Of a stretch of 64,000 bases of DNA, positions 51,039 through 60,773 are shown piece after piece. Numbering within the stretch: position 1 is the stretch's first letter; each line of letters opens with the position of its first letter. The stretch is taken from assembly GCA_019056785.1 (NCBI GenBank), contig DXJV01000068.1, positions 32,001-96,000 of the forward strand, read 5' to 3'. The DNA comes from Candidatus Heimdallarchaeota archaeon. Its GTDB lineage: Archaea; Asgardarchaeota; Heimdallarchaeia; JABLTI01. Under the pieces are notes generated by a model. The model was not told the origin of the DNA. It did not search any database and worked only from the letters and a program-made list of their open reading frames with translations. Made by a program: the position numbers and the translations under genes.

Positions 51039-52229
51039 ATGAATAGAGAAAAAGTAAGAACCGTTACGAGTTATTTGGAGTTAAAACTGTTGGTGGGAAT
51101 CATTAAACAGAAACCTCATTTGACTTTTGCTCTCCTGCTTGTTCTATTTTGTACAATGGTTTTCGTTGAGTTTTATCAACACCCCCTGCAATCAACAGCT
51201 GCAGCAGAAACGCCCCCTATAATTATCAACAATCCTTCCCTCGAAGTAATTCAGGGACATTTTATACTCTATCATACAATGGGACTCAAAATCCAAAATG
51301 ATTATTCCTTACAAGTCATTTCAACACTTGTTGTCGAAAATAATGATTCTCAACCGATTGATTTTTTCATTTTTCTTATTAATAAATCAGTCAATACCGT
51401 TTTTGTGTATGACCCAATTGGCCCATTGAGTTTTACATGGACAAAAAATGATGCTACTCACTCGAGTGCCCTAAATATTTCCATGCGCTATCCCCTATTA
51501 GAAGATGACAAATACGTCCTTTCAATCTCCTATGAAATTGATCCAAGTGCACAAGCCACTTATTTGTTTTTCATCTCGGATTTTGGTGGTTACTACAATC
51601 TGGAATTTCCTCTAATACATTCCATTCGAACAGAACATTTTCAGTTGGAAATTTCTTTGCCGGGAGGGCATCTCTTACTCTCGGGCCCTTCTCCCCGTCC
51701 TGTTTTCCCCTATCCCACAAAAATAGACATTGTAGACAACCATGTTAAATTGATTTGGATTTACAACTCAATTGACCTTAATTATGATTATTCCTACTTT
51801 GTCAGATTCAATAAAACTGCTTTAGGGACTGCACCTGTTATTTATATACAACTTCCCAAAGCCTTCTTTGCTTACTTAACCCTAAGTTTCCTCCTGGGAA
51901 CCATTGCCAGTGGCACAATTTTCTATTTTATTCTAAAGAAGCGCGTCCAACCAACAAAAACCAAATTAGTCAGTTCGCTGTTATCAGAAGCCGAACAAGC
52001 AGTAATTCAAGCAATTAATGAGGAGGGGGGAATGTCCATCCAACGAAAAATCTGTGAACGAACCGGCTTTTCTAAGTCTAAAGTCTCACAAATTTTGCTC
52101 AAACTTGAAGAAAAAGATGTTCTAAAGCGTGAACGGTGGGGGCGAACAAACCGCGTTACCATCACCAATCCTTCCTTCCTTAAAATTGATTTGAATGCCA
52201 AGGAACAAGTGAAAGAAGAACAATCTTAG
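51039..52229 (+). CDS. Membrane-anchored winged-HTH regulator with extracellular domain (COG2512-like)
   Basis: Signal/TM, beta-rich ectodomain, TM, then QRKICERTGFSKSKVSQILLKLEEK...GRTNRV. Confidence 0.85.
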   Translation: MNREKVRTVTSYLELKLLVGIIKQKPHLTFALLLVLFCTMVFVEFYQHPLQSTAAAETPPIIINNPSLEVIQGHFILYHTMGLKIQNDYSLQVISTLVVENNDSQPIDFFIFLINKSVNTVFVYDPIGPLSFTWTKNDATHSSALNISMRYPLLEDDKYVLSISYEIDPSAQATYLFFISDFGGYYNLEFPLIHSIRTEHFQLEISLPGGHLLLSGPSPRPVFPYPTKIDIVDNHVKLIWIYNSIDLNYDYSYFVRFNKTALGTAPVIYIQLPKAFFAYLTLSFLLGTIASGTIFYFILKKRVQPTKTKLVSSLLSEAEQAVIQAINEEGGMSIQRKICERTGFSKSKVSQILLKLEEKDVLKRERWGRTNRVTITNPSFLKIDLNAKEQVKEEQS

Positions 52230-52258
52230 ATGGACAGTGCTATTTTTTTCTTTTGAAG

Positions 52259-52321
52259 TATTTACCCATTGCAAACCTTATGTAAACCTAACTTGAACCA
52301 TTGTGAGAGATTCTTTTTAAT
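52259..52321 (+). promoter_or_regulatory. Four 11-bp periodic direct repeats followed by BRE/TATA of module 2
   Basis: TATTTACCCAT / TGCAAACCTTA / TGTAAACCTAA / CTTGAACCATT, then GAGAGATTCTTTTTAAT. Confidence 0.6.
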
Positions 52322-52407
52322 TAGTTTTATCCCCAATAATTAGTAGAAATAAATCAAACGCTATTCTTATCCAAAAGTAGCCTGTTTAAACGATCGGAGG
52401 AAACAAA

Positions 52408-53367
52408 ATGAACATCCAGAAAAAAGTATCTGTGCTTGGAGGGCTTCTTACATTTGCCATCCTCGTCTCAGCATTAGTACCCACTGTGTCTGCTAAAACA
52501 AACAAAATTCATGTTTCACATGGCTCAGAAGGGATTTTAGTACAAACGGAATATTTAACCTTGAAAATTCTGGATAATAGTCCAAATTTCATTTGGTGGC
52601 TTGGCAATCAGAGCTCTGCAGATGAAATATATCAAGTGAATTTCCATCTAATCCAAGAATTCTTTGGAAGTGACTCAATCCTAGACAACATTACCGAATT
52701 AGGGGGGATTGCTTATATCTTTAAGGGGAATCAATGGTCCGTCGATATAGTTGAGAGCGATGCCGCTGTTCAGGTTACCCTTACTTTAGCAGGACTCTCA
52801 AATGGTGCGATGATCCAATTCATTATTACTGTGTTTGAAGAAGATCAAACATTACCAAACACAGAAATCAAAGGATTGTCAGAGGTTAAAATAGATATCA
52901 TTGTTGATAATTGGCATTTTAGTAAGGACGCTAAAGGATATGCAATCCAAACGATCATTTCGGAAATGCAACATAAACATCAAATGCGCATTCGAAATGG
53001 CACTCAAACTGAAAATGGTAACCACCATCGAACAATGCAATTCGAAAACATAGAACACGGCACAAAGAAAGTCGCTTATTATAAATGGGCAACTTTTGCT
53101 AATGTCTATTCAAACGACACCCTCATTGATACCATTGACGTTGGAACATTTTACTCTATTGATATTCCTCGTATTCCTGGCCCAGCGAGTGGCAGCCCAA
53201 ATGTCTTCTTAACTTATCCTAATTATGGCAATGGGTATAAACTCGTCCACGATCCCTCGGTTGGCGTTTATCCAAACTCCCTGTCAATTCCACTCTCAAC
53301 CATAGCTATTCTCGGGGGTTTGGTAATGATTGTAGCCATCGCTGTAATAATAAAGAAACGAAAATAG
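52408..53367 (+). CDS. Secreted, C-terminally anchored protein
   Basis: GGAGG before ATG, signal peptide, YPNYG...LVHDPSVGV, TM plus KKRK. Confidence 0.85.
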   Translation: MNIQKKVSVLGGLLTFAILVSALVPTVSAKTNKIHVSHGSEGILVQTEYLTLKILDNSPNFIWWLGNQSSADEIYQVNFHLIQEFFGSDSILDNITELGGIAYIFKGNQWSVDIVESDAAVQVTLTLAGLSNGAMIQFIITVFEEDQTLPNTEIKGLSEVKIDIIVDNWHFSKDAKGYAIQTIISEMQHKHQMRIRNGTQTENGNHHRTMQFENIEHGTKKVAYYKWATFANVYSNDTLIDTIDVGTFYSIDIPRIPGPASGSPNVFLTYPNYGNGYKLVHDPSVGVYPNSLSIPLSTIAILGGLVMIVAIAVIIKKRK

Positions 53368-53377
53368 TTTTTCTCTT

Positions 53378-53410
53378 GATGTGGTCCGGGTTGTATGCCG
53401 GGGCCACATC
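53378..53410 (+). terminator. GC-rich intercistronic stem-loop
   Basis: GATGTGGTCCGG-loop-CCGGGGCCACATC, 10 nt after the stop codon, preceded by a T-tract. Confidence 0.55.
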
Positions 53411-53462
53411 ACCCTCTAAATCAAAAGAATCTTATTGCTAACAGATTTAATATTTATTAGTA

Positions 53463-54560
53463 GTGAAGGTTGATGCTCAAATGATGAAGCTAAAAGCTAT
53501 CCTTATTCATGTTTTCCTCTCATTAGCTCTTCTTACCTCTCTGTCACACTCTCAACATATGAGTTCCCTACCACTGGCTACCCCCTCGGGGGAGCTCAGG
53601 CCACCTTTCTCACAAACAATTAACCTTGCAACGAGTAATAATGAAACCTTGCTCAGCCATGTGATGGAGGTTGATATTCAAATAGATTTCACCGTCAAAG
53701 TAACCTCAACTTTTGTTCTTGCTAATAACAACAGCTATCCCATTTCCAACTTTCTTTTGACTATCAATATGACCATCTTTTCTGTCTTTTGCTCTGACCC
53801 TTTGGGCCCCCTCGATTTTCAATGGATGGTCGCCCCTGAATTTGGCAACCTAATTAATATCTCTATGCGCTTCCCTCTCCTTTCAAATAATATCTACGTC
53901 TTTTCTGTTACATATGTTATAGATCATATAATTTATCATAATGAGGGGTCCTTGGATTATTATGGACTAGACTTTGAGGTAACCCACCCTCGAAACACTG
54001 AAACCTTTGTTCTGGACCTCTCTCTACCAGTGTATGCTACTATTGTAAAGGATGCCCCTTTTGAACCTATTTTCCCCTCAGCTAACAAGATTTACAAAGA
54101 AAATGAAGTTGTGACCGTAGAGTGGCAATTGGACCAACGTATTGCCAATGAAACAGATATCTTCCTTGTTAGATTTGCTTTTGGGGTTGAAAATACCGGC
54201 AATAACTTTCCTTACAATGCCCTTTTTTACCCTCTGACAGTATTATTCAGTCTTCTTGTTGGAGGGGCCATTGTTTTTCTCGTTTTACATTTTAGGAATA
54301 AACCTGTTGAAAAAGAACTTGTAACAGCTCTTCTCACAAATACAGAACAAGAAATCATTAAAGCCATCAATGCAGATGGTGGCATTTCCACCCAAAGAAG
54401 GATCTGTGAAAAAACAGGCTATTCAAAGTCTAAAGTCTCACAAATTTTAACAAAACTTGAAGAAAAAAAGGTTCTTAAACGCGAGCGATGGGGCCGTACA
54501 AATAAAGTCACAATTACAAACAGCTCAATGCGACAACTGGGGATGTTGGAGTCCAAATAA
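53463..54560 (+). CDS. Membrane-anchored winged-HTH regulator (paralog of 51039-52229)
   Basis: Same architecture; QRRICEKTGYSKSKVSQILTKLEEK...GRTNKV. Confidence 0.85.
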   Translation: MKVDAQMMKLKAILIHVFLSLALLTSLSHSQHMSSLPLATPSGELRPPFSQTINLATSNNETLLSHVMEVDIQIDFTVKVTSTFVLANNNSYPISNFLLTINMTIFSVFCSDPLGPLDFQWMVAPEFGNLINISMRFPLLSNNIYVFSVTYVIDHIIYHNEGSLDYYGLDFEVTHPRNTETFVLDLSLPVYATIVKDAPFEPIFPSANKIYKENEVVTVEWQLDQRIANETDIFLVRFAFGVENTGNNFPYNALFYPLTVLFSLLVGGAIVFLVLHFRNKPVEKELVTALLTNTEQEIIKAINADGGISTQRRICEKTGYSKSKVSQILTKLEEKKVLKRERWGRTNKVTITNSSMRQLGMLESK

Positions 54561-54621
54561 GAAAAGACCATTATACGCGTTAGATACTTTCAAATAAGAG
54601 AAATAGAGTTACCAATACCAA

Positions 54622-55392
54622 ATGCCTCAACAACAATTCACAATCATTCCCGGTGCAGAACCATTTCGTTTAAAGGGTAAAGGGCCGAAAGTCTTACTCA
54701 TCCACGGCTTTACTGCCAGCCCGACAGAAATGCGCCCAATTGGTGATTTCCTCCATTCAAAAGGAGCGGATGTTTATTCTGTTCTACTGGCAGGACATGG
54801 CACGACGCCTGAAGATCTTCAAACTAAGAAATGGCCTGATTGGTGGGGATCAGTAAAGAACGCCTTCGAAACAATCGATGGTTGCGAGTTTGTCATAGGC
54901 TTTTCCACAGGAGCGCTTCTTGCAAGCCGTCTTGCAGTTGAATATCGCGAGCAATTAAAAGGAGTCATTCTTATCTCCACTTTTTTGAAGATAAAACCAT
55001 TAATTCTCTCAAGGTTATCTTTTCTCTTTCCGATAATTAAACGTTTAAAACCATATATCAATAAAAGCGCTGAAACCGAGCAATTTTTCAAAAAGCATCA
55101 TTTGATTAGTTATTTAAAATACCCTATGGCCGCAGTTGAGGAAGCAATAAAATTAGTGAAATTCACTAAAAAACATGTTCTTCCAAGAGTAACCATTCCG
55201 ACACTGGTAATTCAAGGTGCAAAAGACGATCGCATCCATCCCTCAAGTAGTAAACTATTGATGCGTTTACTTTCAACAGAGAATAAGCGCTTAGTTATGC
55301 TTCCCAATTCTCAGCATATAGTTTCTGTTGGACCTGATAGAGAGCTTCTTTTCAATACCATTTATAAGTTTATAAGTACACTCGAGAAGTAA
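54622..55392 (+). CDS. Alpha/beta-hydrolase carboxylesterase/lipase
   Basis: LIHGFT, GFSTG nucleophile elbow, QGAKD, SQH. Confidence 0.9.
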   Translation: MPQQQFTIIPGAEPFRLKGKGPKVLLIHGFTASPTEMRPIGDFLHSKGADVYSVLLAGHGTTPEDLQTKKWPDWWGSVKNAFETIDGCEFVIGFSTGALLASRLAVEYREQLKGVILISTFLKIKPLILSRLSFLFPIIKRLKPYINKSAETEQFFKKHHLISYLKYPMAAVEEAIKLVKFTKKHVLPRVTIPTLVIQGAKDDRIHPSSSKLLMRLLSTENKRLVMLPNSQHIVSVGPDRELLFNTIYKFISTLEK

Positions 55393-55500
55393 ACTGAATG
55401 AAAATTTAATTGCTCTTTAGAAATACTTAAGATTCACTCTATTGCAGAGTTTCATTAAGAACAGCTGCGAGCAAAGGCTTTGAAAAAAGTGGTGGCATAG

Positions 55501-56580
55501 ATGAATAAGAAGAAAGGACTAACCTACAAAGACTCCGGTGTTGATATCTTTGAAGAAGGGGAAGCAATTGACCAAATCTGGCGCCTTCTCCCTAAAACAT
55601 TTCAATTGAACCCGAAAGTGAAATTTCTCCCAGCTATTTCCCATTATGGCGGCATTGTTGATATTGGTATGCCAGATAAATATCTCGTCGTCACTGTTGA
55701 TGGGGTAGGCTCCAAAGTTCTCATCGCTGAGATGTTAGAAAAATACGACACTGTTGGCATTGATTGTATTGCGATGAATGTTAATGACCTCATTTGTGTT
55801 GGCGCTGAACCACTTGTTTTTGTGGACTATTTCGCAATAGAACAACCAAATAGTCACATGGCCTATCAAATCACACAAGGCTTAGTGAAAGGAGCCGAGC
55901 AAGCAAAAATGGTTATTATTGGTGGCGAAACAGCCACTCTTCCGGACATTATTCGAGGTGTAGACGGGAAGGGATTTGACCTCGCTGGTACAGCAATTGG
56001 TATTGTTGACAAAAACAAACTTCTTTTAGGGGACAAAATCCAACCGGGTGATGCCATCTTTGGCATTGCAAGCAGTGGGCTTCATTCCAATGGTTATTCA
56101 CTTGTCCGAAAAGTCTTGTTGGAAAAACATGCAATTACTGACACTGTTAATGGCATTAGCTTAGCAGAAGAGCTTCTTCGCCCAACAGCAATTTATGTTC
56201 AAGAGGTGCTTGAATTAATTGACAAGGTAGAGCTTCATGGCTTAGCAAATATAACCGGTGGGGCTTTTCTTAAGCTTGCACGTCTTTTGCGTCAGTCAAA
56301 AGAAGAGATTGGCGTTCTTCTCAACAACCTTCCGGAACCACCACTCATTTTCAAATTAATTCAATCACTGGGAAACATCTCGAACAAGGAAATGTATCAA
56401 ACCCTTAATATGGGAATTGGCTTTTGCATTATCGCACCGCCAAAGGCTTTTACTAAGATCAAAGAGATTTGTACAAAATATAACAAAACCGTTTATCAGA
56501 TAGGTAAAATTACGAATAAAAAGCAAATTACTATCAAATTGCCTTCTGAAACACTTGATTACCCAACCAACAAATATTAA
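55501..56580 (+). CDS. purM: AIR synthetase
   Basis: TYKDSGVD, DGVGSK, MNVND, GGETA, SSGLHSNGYS, NMGIG. Confidence 0.97.
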   Translation: MNKKKGLTYKDSGVDIFEEGEAIDQIWRLLPKTFQLNPKVKFLPAISHYGGIVDIGMPDKYLVVTVDGVGSKVLIAEMLEKYDTVGIDCIAMNVNDLICVGAEPLVFVDYFAIEQPNSHMAYQITQGLVKGAEQAKMVIIGGETATLPDIIRGVDGKGFDLAGTAIGIVDKNKLLLGDKIQPGDAIFGIASSGLHSNGYSLVRKVLLEKHAITDTVNGISLAEELLRPTAIYVQEVLELIDKVELHGLANITGGAFLKLARLLRQSKEEIGVLLNNLPEPPLIFKLIQSLGNISNKEMYQTLNMGIGFCIIAPPKAFTKIKEICTKYNKTVYQIGKITNKKQITIKLPSETLDYPTNKY

Positions 56581-56587
56581 TTCCTCT

Positions 56588-57331
56588 CTAAAGAACCAAC
56601 GGCAAATTGTCCTTAGTAATAATTCCTTTGTGAAACGCTGTTGCTATTAAACAGCCACCTACTGCCATTTTTTTAAGTGCAATAACATCAGTAATATTTC
56701 TAACTCCTCCCCCGGCAAAAATTGGTGTCTTAGGTTTTCTAGCTAAAATCTCGAGGAGTGGTTTGCTAATTGGCCCGGTGCTTTTTCCAACCTTTCGAAT
56801 GTCCAAAACAATTACAGCATAAAGTTGCAGCGGCTCAATAAACTCGAGAAGTTCGAGTAACGGCATTTTTTGTAGTCGTTCATTTTTTGCCAGTATTTGT
56901 CCATTCACCAAATCAATACTAACAAGAATTTTCTCACCACCGACGACTTTGACGAGCTCAGAGACAGTCTCGAGTGATTCTATTGTCTCCGTTCCAAGAA
57001 TGACTTTATCCACGCCCCACGAAAACAATTTTATTGCTTCATTAACAGTTTCAACTCCTCCATCCAACATAATTTTCCATCTTTTGTTTTGAGCAATTTG
57101 CCGGATGCTATTTTCATTGCAATTACTATTTTCTGTTTTTTGTATTAGATTAAGATCTGCGATATAAAATGTCTTTAAACCAAGTTTCTCAGCGAAATTA
57201 CTCGCAACAATAAATGGCTCCGGACTTGAGGAAATAATAGATTGCTCTATTGGTCGGTAGTTCTTTCGCTTGCCTGCAACACCGTGAACTACAACACCAT
57301 CTAAAATGTCTAGGACAGGAATAACTTTCAT
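56588..57331 (-). CDS. HisA/HisF-related TIM-barrel protein (non-histidine clade)
   Basis: IPVLDILDGVVVHGVAGKRKNYRPI, YIADL, ILGTET, GGGVR. Confidence 0.8.
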   Translation of the reverse strand: MKVIPVLDILDGVVVHGVAGKRKNYRPIEQSIISSSPEPFIVASNFAEKLGLKTFYIADLNLIQKTENSNCNENSIRQIAQNKRWKIMLDGGVETVNEAIKLFSWGVDKVILGTETIESLETVSELVKVVGGEKILVSIDLVNGQILAKNERLQKMPLLELLEFIEPLQLYAVIVLDIRKVGKSTGPISKPLLEILARKPKTPIFAGGGVRNITDVIALKKMAVGGCLIATAFHKGIITKDNLPLVL

Positions 57332-57444
57332 GAGTAAAGCAACCCGACTTTTAAATTAAATCTTTTTAGGCATTAAGTGAAAAAAGTTTTAATAAGGCTC
57401 GCAACCTTATCATTTCAAAGCATTTTACGGGGCATTCACTATAA

Positions 57445-58701
57445 ATGGACAGGATTCGAAGTGGCTTGTTTTCTGCAATTACTAATGTTCCTTTTCGGGC
57501 TGGGAAATTAGCAATAGAACGTGTCAATAGCCAAACAATGGACTCAAATCCTGCTCTCTGTCTTGTTTTTTTCTCGGAACGGTATGCAGACCCTGAGCTA
57601 GTCCATGGTATCATCCAAAAAATCAACCCTGATGTTGTAGCTGGTTGTTCAACAAATGGAGAAATCGCTGCTGGTTATTGGCGTGAAAGTGTGATCGCCA
57701 TTTCGCTTTCAACAGATTTCATGCGATTTGGTATTGCAGTTGAAGCTAACGAAAAACTGGCTAACGCTAATGATGGAATAGTTTACGAGGATTTCTACAA
57801 GCGAGCATTAACAGACTTACGCAATAAGCTTCTCTTTCAAGAGAACAAAATGGTTCTGCCAGTGAATCCAAAACACATGAACCCAGATTTTGGCTTGTTG
57901 TTTCTTCCAGGAACGGACCCTGACAGCGAACCAAAAGCGAATACCGTTATCCAAGGACTCCGGAAATATCTCGGTGAAATCCCCCTAATAGGGGGGAGTA
58001 TTGGTGATGACTACAATTATGAGAATGGTTATGTTATTTTTAAAGATGAATTTCTCGAGAATCACACATTACTTATCCTTGGCCGGTCCGATTTGGAATT
58101 CTCTATGGCACAAGTCCATGGCTATCACATTAAAAAAGAGTTCACTGTTACAAAAGCGATCAATAATCGCATAGTTTCTCTTAACAATGAACCAGCCTCT
58201 TTGGTTTATTTCCGCGAATTAAATTTACCTGTCGTTGAGATCTCCGATTTACGAGATGAAATTTGTGCTTTGAATCCTTTCGGTATTAAAGATCAATCTA
58301 CAGGAGAACTTCAAATCCTTTTCCCTATGTCACGGGGGAAAGAAGCAAAAGAATTGACTGTTTCTCAAGTAATCCCTGAAGGCGCAACAATCTATTTTAC
58401 CGAAGCAGAACTTGACGCTGCAAAAAAAGCCTCCCTAGATGCAATCAAAAAAGCGTATGTCGATGGCGCCATCAAGGACCCTCGTTTGGGCATTCTCTTT
58501 TCATGTGGGGGACGAAGTACATTCTATTTTGATCGCGCATTAGCAGAGATTGAAGAAATTAAAAAACGCTTCAAATATACAAATATTGGTGGTGCCTACC
58601 TCTATGGCACCCTTTGTGGAAAGAACAATTGGGTTTCAGAAGGCTCCAGTAGTGTTTTGTTGATTGGCAATGAACTCCGTAAGCGCCCGGAAATGAAATA
58701 G
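57445..58701 (+). CDS. Stand-alone FIST-domain protein
   Basis: GCSTNGEI, PLIGGSIGD, FSCGGR motifs. Confidence 0.88.
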   Translation: MDRIRSGLFSAITNVPFRAGKLAIERVNSQTMDSNPALCLVFFSERYADPELVHGIIQKINPDVVAGCSTNGEIAAGYWRESVIAISLSTDFMRFGIAVEANEKLANANDGIVYEDFYKRALTDLRNKLLFQENKMVLPVNPKHMNPDFGLLFLPGTDPDSEPKANTVIQGLRKYLGEIPLIGGSIGDDYNYENGYVIFKDEFLENHTLLILGRSDLEFSMAQVHGYHIKKEFTVTKAINNRIVSLNNEPASLVYFRELNLPVVEISDLRDEICALNPFGIKDQSTGELQILFPMSRGKEAKELTVSQVIPEGATIYFTEAELDAAKKASLDAIKKAYVDGAIKDPRLGILFSCGGRSTFYFDRALAEIEEIKKRFKYTNIGGAYLYGTLCGKNNWVSEGSSSVLLIGNELRKRPEMK

Positions 58702-58709
58702 TGGCAATA

Positions 58710-59693
58710 CTATTCTTTCGAAGAAACATTCTCTAGAAAGACATTGGCATTATGCCACCCCTCTCGCCGGAGGATTTCATTTGACATTCGGAGCACCTTG
58801 AGTTTCTTATGAAGGCAAACAAATTTCAACGGGAGGTTGCCAAGCGGTTCACCCATTGAATGAGCGGGGATGGTTTTTACGGCATTTGTTGAAATTACGA
58901 CCTTTTTTCCTCGCAGCACCTCCACTTTAGGGTGTTCAATATGTGTTCCATCTGAGAGTTTCCGTGAAGTGATTAAAGACTCGAACACACCCGTATTGCC
59001 TATAATGACGACATCCAATAGTCCATCGTCAATAATTGCATTGGGGGCGACTAATTTGCCATTGCCAACGCGCTGTCCATTACAAACCATCACTGAAAGG
59101 CACTTTTGATCTCTTACCTCTCGCCCATCATCGATATCAATATGCATGTGACGAGGTCGATATTGAAAGAAGGATTTTACCAAGCTAATGTTATAGCTTA
59201 TTCTGGAGTCTTTTCCGATGACTTTATTTGCTACAACAGCATCAATGCCCGCGCCGGTAACACCAAGGCAATATCTTTCCCCATCATTTATTTCGATGCA
59301 ATCCACGACACGGGTTTGTTTCTCGGTGAGCATTTGTATTATATCGTCAATTTTATTTGTCTGTCGCAGGCTGAAGGCATTATCATTTCCTCTTCCAGCC
59401 GGGATGATTCCCAAGGTTGTTTTAAAACCCGTTTGACCAATTGCGGTAACAATCTCATTAATTGTACCGTCCCCACCATAGGCAACGATGATTTTATGGT
59501 CACTAATAGACTCTTTTGTGATTCTAATGGCGTCATTCCGCCCTTTTGTCCATTCCACTTCAAAATCAAGTTGAGCCTCTTTTAATTTCTTCACGATTGC
59601 TGGCCAAGCTTTTCGTGCTTTTCCACCGAAAGTCACAGGATTACAAATGATTTTCAATTTTAGACACCATCCCAGTGTTATTGGAAGTAGCAA
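58710..59693 (-). CDS. Diacylglycerol/lipid kinase family protein
   Basis: NPVTFG, GGDGTINE, PAGRGND, DDGLLDV; start uncertain. Confidence 0.9.
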   Translation of the reverse strand: MLLPITLGWCLKLKIICNPVTFGGKARKAWPAIVKKLKEAQLDFEVEWTKGRNDAIRITKESISDHKIIVAYGGDGTINEIVTAIGQTGFKTTLGIIPAGRGNDNAFSLRQTNKIDDIIQMLTEKQTRVVDCIEINDGERYCLGVTGAGIDAVVANKVIGKDSRISYNISLVKSFFQYRPRHMHIDIDDGREVRDQKCLSVMVCNGQRVGNGKLVAPNAIIDDGLLDVVIIGNTGVFESLITSRKLSDGTHIEHPKVEVLRGKKVVISTNAVKTIPAHSMGEPLGNLPLKFVCLHKKLKVLRMSNEILRREGWHNANVFLENVSSKE

Positions 59694-59923
59694 TCAGTTC
59701 TGTCAGTTAAGCTACTTTTTCTCAAGAAAGTCTATTACTTTCCGCATTTTAAGTTTTGTCGCAAAAGAAAGCTTCTTTTAGGGACAAAAATAATTTGATA
59801 GTAGAAGATAAAAAAACTCTTAAAGAATTAACGAGTAAGAAAAGAGTATTATTTAATTCACAAATCATAACCAAACCAGAGTAAAAAAAGAGATTCCCAT
59901 AAAAAGGGGGTTAGCAAAGAAAA

Positions 59924-60676
59924 ATGCCCATTGCAAAACAAGTGATGATTCTTACAAAAGAGGGGTTATTACTCTTAGATCATAAATTTAGAACCGACGA
60001 CCATTTTTTTATCGATACAGATTCTGATTTGCTTTCAGGTATGCTTTCAGCCATTCTTTCTGTTGCAAAAGAAATGACCGGCGGGATCGTACAAACAATT
60101 AATCAAGACAAGTACAATGTGCTAGTCAGTGAAGGCGAACATATCTATGTTTTACTTTTTATTGATGAAGGGAGTAAAGAACTGAATAAAATTGCCAAAT
60201 TAATTGCGCGTGAATTTGAAAGCAAGTTTAAAGAAGAACTCGAGGAGCTTATTCCTGATCCTTCTGTCTTTCGCCCCTTTATAACGGAACTTGAAGCAAT
60301 CTACGCACAATTATTTAGAGTAGATGCCGAGCTTCTCTCGAAACTCATTCCGGAAGTAACTACTATAATGAATGTGTCGATTTTCGAGAAGCCTATGAAC
60401 CATCAAGTCTATTCCGGCCCACGCGATTCCTTTGTCAGCGAGTATGAACACAGCTACAATGAATTTATTATCAAATTGATTGAAACACAATCTGACCTCA
60501 CAGAAAAGACACTCGACTTCCCTAAAAGAGCGATCATTGAATTCATGGACAGGGTAATAATCTTAGAGGACTTGGGAACACATGTCTTGACAATCATTGG
60601 TAATGATAGAGATGAATTGATTAACAAAGTTAAAAAGATACGAAAAAAGGCCGGCATGGGAATTACTAGAAAATGA
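59924..60676 (+). CDS. Longin-domain protein with a second roadblock/longin-like domain
   Basis: ILTKEGLLL...DLLSGMLSAI...FESKF pattern typical of Asgard longin domains. Confidence 0.65.
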   Translation: MPIAKQVMILTKEGLLLLDHKFRTDDHFFIDTDSDLLSGMLSAILSVAKEMTGGIVQTINQDKYNVLVSEGEHIYVLLFIDEGSKELNKIAKLIAREFESKFKEELEELIPDPSVFRPFITELEAIYAQLFRVDAELLSKLIPEVTTIMNVSIFEKPMNHQVYSGPRDSFVSEYEHSYNEFIIKLIETQSDLTEKTLDFPKRAIIEFMDRVIILEDLGTHVLTIIGNDRDELINKVKKIRKKAGMGITRK

Positions 60677-60773
60677 TGCTCTTTTTTCTGAGCAGTAAAC
60701 TGAAGAGTCACAAAACAGTAACCTTTTAAAAGCTAAAAAAGGAAAAAAGAAAAAAAGAATGGTCGGATGAATT

